Positions 59,314 to 64,000 of a stretch of DNA of 64,000 nt are shown piece by piece; position 1 is the first letter of the stretch, and each line of letters starts with the position of its first letter. The position numbers and the translations under genes were made by a program. Source of the stretch: an uncultured Planctomycetaceae bacterium (GTDB taxonomy: Bacteria; Planctomycetota; Planctomycetia; Pirellulales; UBA7805); contig CAYLRE010000002.1 of NCBI GenBank assembly GCA_964385715.1, forward strand, positions 1,427 through 65,426, written 5' to 3'. The notes under the pieces were generated by a model, which was given only the letters and a program-made list of their open reading frames with translations, made no database searches and was not told the origin of the DNA.

Positions 59314-61596
59314 ATGAAGTACATCACCCGCGAACTGCCCTGCTCTTTGTGGACGCTCCTGTTAGCGATGCTGCTGCCGTGCGCCGTGCTTGGCAACCTC
59401 ACGTTGGCGCCTGTCGCTTTCGCCCAGGATGAGTTCGACGAGGAGGAAGAAAACGAGGCTGACGAGAAGCCCGCTTCAAGCGCCTTCAACGTGGCGGTGG
59501 AAACGATCGTGGAGTCGAACCCGGAAACGCCGCCGGAGCTTGCCAAGGCGGTCGCAGCTTTGCTCGACTTCGAACGCCCCAAGCTGGCCAAGCGGTATAT
59601 GAATCAGCTGCTCGATCAGGATCTGACCGAAGAGGACATGGCCCAGCTCGGTTCCGAGGTCGGTTCCGTCGTGCTCTCACGAATCATCAACAACGATCAC
59701 CTCGGCCAAGCGGCTGCCGACTTCGGACTGGCCACCTTGCGAGCCTGGAAGGTGAGCCTGCGTGATCCGTTGCGGCTGGAGACGCTGGCCGAACAGACAT
59801 TGAGCGATGATCCTCAAGAGCGGATGCTGGCGATTGTGGAACTTCGTCGCGGCGGACTGCACGGCGTGTTGCCACTCGTGCAAATCTTGGCCAACGCCAA
59901 TCGTGAAAACACGCACGCTTACGCCCGCGAGGCTCTCATCAAGTTCGGCACTCCGGCGGCCGCCCCGTTGATTGCGGTGCTGGAAACTTCCAACGACGTG
60001 CTGAAGCAGAACGTGATTCGCGTGCTGGCCCAACTCGGTGCCGACAACACGGCCCGCTATTTGTACGCCGACGCTTGGGCGCACGAAAGCGAAGCGGTTC
60101 GCTCTGCGGCCCGCACTGCCCTTCGCATGCTGCAAGGTCGCGTGACACCCGATCACGAAGCCCGTCGCATGTTGCTGGCCACTTCGCGTGAATTCCTGCA
60201 AGGGACACGCCGTGTGGAGGTCGACGTGGACGGCGTCGCGGATGCCTGGAAATGGAACGACGAGAGCGGTGAACTGCTGTACTTGAAGACGCACCCGATT
60301 CTCGATTCGGCCTGGTCCGCGGCCCGCTTGGCTCGCGAGCTGGTTCGCCTTTCGCCACAAGAGCAGAACATCCTGCGGTGGCAGTTGGTGTGCGAACTTC
60401 AAGTTGCCAAACTGCAAGGCGGCCTCGACGCTCCTCTCGATCCCAATGTCACGGCGGTCGCCATCTTCGGCGAAGCGGTCTCCCCGCTCGACCAGGCACT
60501 CGCGCTGAGCGACGCCCTGCGAGTCGCCCTCGAAACCGACGCAGCCGCGGCCAGCATGGCAGCGGCCGAGATCATCGAGCGCCTGGCCCGTGCCGAGGGC
60601 GCGGACACCCGCTTGTTAAACGAAAAGCTGCTGGTCCAAGCGAATGGACTTCCGGCGCCGCTGGCGCTGGCGCTGCGTCACAACGATCGTCGCGTGCAAC
60701 TCGCAGCCGCGAGTGCCGTCGTCGCGCTCCGTCGGGCAGAAGGTTTCGCAGGTGCCAGCGCCTTGATGGGTGTGCTGAAACCGCTGGCCAACTACTCCGG
60801 CATCCGCCGGGCAGTGGTGGCCGACCCGCGCGGCCCACGTGGCGATCTCGTCGCTTCGCTGCTGGCCGAACAAGGGTTTCAGCCAGCCAGCTTGACCACC
60901 GGACGTGACGCCTATCGAAGCGCCCTCGCCTCGGGCGAGAACGAGCTGATTCTGGTCGCCTATACCATCGACCGTCCGGATGTGACGCGAACGATCGAAC
61001 GTCTGCGCAACGACGCACGGACCGCGAACCTGCCGATTGGAATTCTTGCCAGCGCCGAAGATTTGACCGACGCCCGCCGCCTGGCGCAGCGGTATCGTTT
61101 TACCGAAACCTTCTTACGCCCGCGCGAAAATGCCACGGCCGAAGCGCTTACCAGCCGCTTGCTGGCCAGCGGAGGACTCGCCTACGTTCCGCCGGACGTT
61201 CGCACCGTTCAGGCTCAAAAGGCAATCGGCTTACTTGATGAGTTGTCGCAGCGGCCGTCGGTACATGACCTGCGGGGAATCGAGCCCGCCCTGGCCAGAG
61301 CGCTGTTCCACCCGGGTTTAACGGCCAGTGCCGCCAAGGTTCTAAGCCAACGCAACACCCACGCCGCGCAGCTGGCACTGGTCGACTTCGCCAGTCAAAA
61401 CGCGCTGCCGGTCGAACCGCGGCAAGTCGCCGTGGAGGCCTTTCGAGAAAGCCTGAAGCGAAACGGCGTGCTACTCTCCTACGACGAAATCAAACGCCAG
61501 GCCGATCGCTACGACGAAAGCGAAGGCCTGGAGAAAGAAACGCAAGAAGTCCTGTGGTCGATCCTGGACGGCTTGCAGACGATCAAGAAACAGTAG
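59314..61596 (+). CDS. Secreted HEAT/ARM-like repeat protein
   Basis: Signal peptide (LWTLLLAMLLPCAVLGNLTLAPVAFA), an acidic stretch, then helical repeats such as ERMLAIVELRRGG..GVLPLVQIL and VRSAARTAL (HEAT-like). Confidence 0.65.
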   Translation: MKYITRELPCSLWTLLLAMLLPCAVLGNLTLAPVAFAQDEFDEEEENEADEKPASSAFNVAVETIVESNPETPPELAKAVAALLDFERPKLAKRYMNQLLDQDLTEEDMAQLGSEVGSVVLSRIINNDHLGQAAADFGLATLRAWKVSLRDPLRLETLAEQTLSDDPQERMLAIVELRRGGLHGVLPLVQILANANRENTHAYAREALIKFGTPAAAPLIAVLETSNDVLKQNVIRVLAQLGADNTARYLYADAWAHESEAVRSAARTALRMLQGRVTPDHEARRMLLATSREFLQGTRRVEVDVDGVADAWKWNDESGELLYLKTHPILDSAWSAARLARELVRLSPQEQNILRWQLVCELQVAKLQGGLDAPLDPNVTAVAIFGEAVSPLDQALALSDALRVALETDAAAASMAAAEIIERLARAEGADTRLLNEKLLVQANGLPAPLALALRHNDRRVQLAAASAVVALRRAEGFAGASALMGVLKPLANYSGIRRAVVADPRGPRGDLVASLLAEQGFQPASLTTGRDAYRSALASGENELILVAYTIDRPDVTRTIERLRNDARTANLPIGILASAEDLTDARRLAQRYRFTETFLRPRENATAEALTSRLLASGGLAYVPPDVRTVQAQKAIGLLDELSQRPSVHDLRGIEPALARALFHPGLTASAAKVLSQRNTHAAQLALVDFASQNALPVEPRQVAVEAFRESLKRNGVLLSYDEIKRQADRYDESEGLEKETQEVLWSILDGLQTIKKQ

Positions 61597-61725
61597 TCGC
61601 CAAACCATCCAACAATTTCGCGGCCTCGCGCGAGCGAGTTATCAGCACCACAAGGCCGCAGCAATACAACCCGCCACACCCGAAGTCGACGGTCCACGAC
61701 CAGTCGTCCCCACCCCCTTCCCTCC

Positions 61726-62799
61726 ATGAACAACGACCCGCTCAAATTTGTCGACGAGCGTGCCCCGGCCGAGGCGATTCGTCCTCCTACGCCGGAGTTG
61801 ATCGGCTCCGGCGAGGCGATGCGGGAGGTCTATCGCCTCACGCGTCAGGTCGCCAAGTCGACGGCCTCGGTGTTGCTGTTGGGCGAAACGGGAACGGGTA
61901 AGGAACTGATCGCGCGGGCGATTCACCGACTTAGCCCTCGCGGCAGCGGACCGTTCGTGCGGGTGAACTGTGGAGCGTTGACCGAAAGCCTATTGGAGAG
62001 CGAACTGTTCGGTCACGTGCGTGGTTCGTTTACAGGCGCGGTTGGTAATCGGACCGGGCGATTTGAAGCCGCGCACACCGGCACCATCTTCTTGGACGAA
62101 ATCAACTCCACGACTCCCAAGCTGCAAGTGAAGCTGCTCCGCGTGTTGCAGGAGAGCGAGTTTGAGCGCGTCGGCGACACGCAAACGATCAAGGTCGACG
62201 CCCGCGTGATTGCCGCCTCGAATCGCGATCTAGCCGACGAGATCGAAGCCGAGCGTTTTCGCGAAGACTTGTATTACCGGCTCAACGTGGTGCCGATTTA
62301 CTTGCCCCCGTTGCGCGAAAGGCGCGAGGATATTCGCGAGTTGGTTAGCCACTTTTTGAACATCTACAACGAGGCCAACGACCGATACGTATTACATATC
62401 GCTCCCGAGGCGATGCAGGCGTTGGAGGATTACCACTGGCCGGGCAACGTTCGCGAGCTTCAGAACTACGTGGAACGGGCGGTTGTCCTGGCCGAGGGGG
62501 ACGAATTGTGTGTGGACCTGCTCCCCGAGGCACTCCGCTCGGCCGGCGGCACACGCATTAAACGCCGACAGCGAGCCGACTTGGAGACTTTGACCTACGA
62601 GGTGGTTCAGGAGGGACTGGTCGGTGCCGGCCCGAACGAGGACAACTTACATAACAAGATCGTCAGTCGTGTCGAACGCGAGCTGATTGCCCAGGTGCTG
62701 CTGGCCAGCGACGGAGTGCAGACCAAGGCCGCCGCCAAATTGGGAATCAACCGCAACACGCTTCACAAGAAACTCAAAGAGTACGGACTCGAGACGTAA
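61726..62799 (+). CDS. Sigma-54-dependent transcriptional activator lacking an N-terminal sensory/receiver domain
   Basis: About 35 aa precede the AAA+ core. Walker A is GETGTGKE, ESELFGHVRGSFTGA is a GAFTGA-loop variant, Walker B is IFLDEI, and RVIAASNRDL and RLNV are present. A C-terminal Fis-type HTH follows (QTKAAAKLGINRNTLHKKLKEYGL). Confidence 0.88.
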   Translation: MNNDPLKFVDERAPAEAIRPPTPELIGSGEAMREVYRLTRQVAKSTASVLLLGETGTGKELIARAIHRLSPRGSGPFVRVNCGALTESLLESELFGHVRGSFTGAVGNRTGRFEAAHTGTIFLDEINSTTPKLQVKLLRVLQESEFERVGDTQTIKVDARVIAASNRDLADEIEAERFREDLYYRLNVVPIYLPPLRERREDIRELVSHFLNIYNEANDRYVLHIAPEAMQALEDYHWPGNVRELQNYVERAVVLAEGDELCVDLLPEALRSAGGTRIKRRQRADLETLTYEVVQEGLVGAGPNEDNLHNKIVSRVERELIAQVLLASDGVQTKAAAKLGINRNTLHKKLKEYGLET

Positions 62800-62835
62800 T
62801 CGCGCGACCTGCTCCGCGTCCGTCCGAACAATGGC

Positions 62836-63813
62836 ATGGACAACATCTCGCTCACTTGCTTCACCGCGAGCTATGCCATCGCGCTGTTGCTCGAGATCTC
62901 GCGACTCTTCTTCCGTAGCGGCGTGCGCGGCGCAATCATGCTACTGTTCGCAGGCGCCGGTCTGGTTGCGCACAGTTGGTACTTGGTGATTCTGGCGTTC
63001 AAGAATCCGCAGGGGGGTGTTCCCCTTTCTAGCTGGTACTCGCTGTTCTTGGTTGCTGCTTGGATCATGGCGGCTATCTATTTTTATTTCACCTATCACC
63101 ATGCGCGCCGTTCCATCGGGATGTTCGTGCTGCCGATTGTCCTAGGACTGATCGGCGTGGCGTATGCCTTTTCCGATGTCGAAGCTCCCGCCACCGACGA
63201 CGCGATGGGGCTCTGGCTGACCGTGCATGTCGTATCACTACTGCTCGGAACCGTGGTCGTCTCGATCGGCTTCGTGGCCGGCGTGATGTACCTGGTCGGG
63301 GCCTGGCAACTCAAGCACAAAGCCCCCGAAACGGGCGTGCGACTGCCCAGCCTAGAATGGTGCGAACAGGTCAATCGGCGTTCGCTTTCGATCTCTACCG
63401 TCTGCGTGGCGATCGGAATGGGAGCCGGGCTGCTTCGTAATCTCGATCTATTGCACATCAACGATCCGGCCGGCGTGGCCTGGGGCGATCCGATTGTGTG
63501 GAGCTCCGCGCTGTTGTTGGGTTGGCTAACGACGGCCGTGGTGTTTCGCGCTATTTATCGTCCGGCGCGTCAGGGACGCAAAGTCGCCTATTTGACCGTG
63601 GTCAGCTTCCTGCTGCTGGCGCTGGTGGTGGCCATCATGATGCTGGTTCCCTCGACCCATTCGACGGCCACGCTGCCAGGTGAGTCGGAGACTTCTCCCC
63701 GCACGGCGGCTCAGCCAGAACCCCGCACGGCTGCCCATCCTAAGAGCCACAAAGCCGCCCAGTCGAATGCCCTTCCGTCCGGCGCTAGCAGCGCCGAAGG
63801 AGGAGGAGCATGA
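62836..63813 (+). CDS. Cytochrome c assembly (CcsA/HemX-like) polytopic membrane protein
   Basis: About 8 TM helices and a Trp-rich segment, VAWGDPIVWSSALLLGWL. Its TGA overlaps the hemA ATG (ATGA at 63810-63813). The C-terminal tail is low complexity. Confidence 0.6.
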   Translation: MDNISLTCFTASYAIALLLEISRLFFRSGVRGAIMLLFAGAGLVAHSWYLVILAFKNPQGGVPLSSWYSLFLVAAWIMAAIYFYFTYHHARRSIGMFVLPIVLGLIGVAYAFSDVEAPATDDAMGLWLTVHVVSLLLGTVVVSIGFVAGVMYLVGAWQLKHKAPETGVRLPSLEWCEQVNRRSLSISTVCVAIGMGAGLLRNLDLLHINDPAGVAWGDPIVWSSALLLGWLTTAVVFRAIYRPARQGRKVAYLTVVSFLLLALVVAIMMLVPSTHSTATLPGESETSPRTAAQPEPRTAAHPKSHKAAQSNALPSGASSAEGGGA

Positions 63814-64000
63814 AGCTGCAACTCGTCGGCATGAGTCACCGTGGGAGCGATGTAGAAGTCCGCCAGCAGGTCGCCTTTCAAGGCCGTCAGGTGGAAGATG
63901 CCTTGTCGCATTTGAAAGATCGCTTCCCCGGAAGCGAGGCGGTCGTGCTTTCAACCTGCAATCGCGTCGAGGTTTACACCGCATCGGAAGCGGCCGAGCT
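63810..64000 (+). CDS. hemA: Glutamyl-tRNA reductase, 5' end (continues beyond the window)
   Basis: ATG 63810 is preceded by GGAGGAGGAG. The translation MKLQLVGMSHRGSDVEVRQQVAF...VVLSTCNRVEVYTA contains the HemA catalytic STCNRxE motif. Confidence 0.88.
   Translation, partial: MKLQLVGMSHRGSDVEVRQQVAFQGRQVEDALSHLKDRFPGSEAVVLSTCNRVEVYTASEAAE

Overview
High-GC bacterial chromosomal segment that looks planctomycetal, probably Pirellulales-like. That placement is an inference from a giant DUF1549/DUF1553-type protein, an N-terminal E-x-LE-x-R-x-x-L motif on a huge exoprotein, a QF(S/R)LRSLL signal-anchor motif on three proteins, and extended ribosomal proteins. Positions 1-19.3 kb hold the tail of the str operon (rpsG 3' end, fusA) followed by one uninterrupted S10-spc-alpha ribosomal superoperon on the + strand. 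It runs rpsJ to rplQ and includes secY, adk, map and rpoA, plus rpmJ, which I found by eye because it is too short for the ORF track. tuf, rpsN (S14), rpmD (L30) and infA are not at their usual positions. Positions 19.4-24.4 kb are poorly characterised: an HExxH protein, a lipoprotein, a tail-anchored protein, a 720-bp non-coding stretch with a phased 11-bp repeat array, a GNAT enzyme, a GlsB/YeaQ membrane protein and an AT-richer orphan. Positions 24.5-32.1 kb carry gdh, a K+ channel, kdsD-kdsC and a 1031-aa membrane-anchored protein at the position LptC occupies in the E. coli kdsD-kdsC-lptC-lptA-lptB operon. Positions 32.4-36.2 kb encode a 1259-aa exoprotein with two zincin motifs. Positions 36.3-44.6 kb (minus strand) hold an amidohydrolase, five unannotatable genes that are mostly membrane proteins, and a 1266-aa DUF1549/DUF1553 protein. 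Positions 45-50.4 kb carry an esterase, hpt, two GT4 glycosyltransferases and glgC. Positions 50.4-53.2 kb contain a repeat mosaic and two tandem LRR paralogs. Positions 53.3-64 kb carry carB, pyrE, argH, a HEAT-repeat protein, a receiver-less sigma-54 activator, a CcsA/HemX-like protein and the start of hemA. By eye I saw no rRNA, tRNA, CRISPR array, transposase or integrase, and no recognisable defence or toxin-antitoxin system. The observations most worth a second look are a REP-like palindromic repeat family with an invariant GCACCC tail, the 11-bp phased TGTTCGA array, the giant LptC/LptA-like protein, the dual-zincin exoprotein and the translationally coupled five-gene cassette. None can be called a new system from sequence alone.
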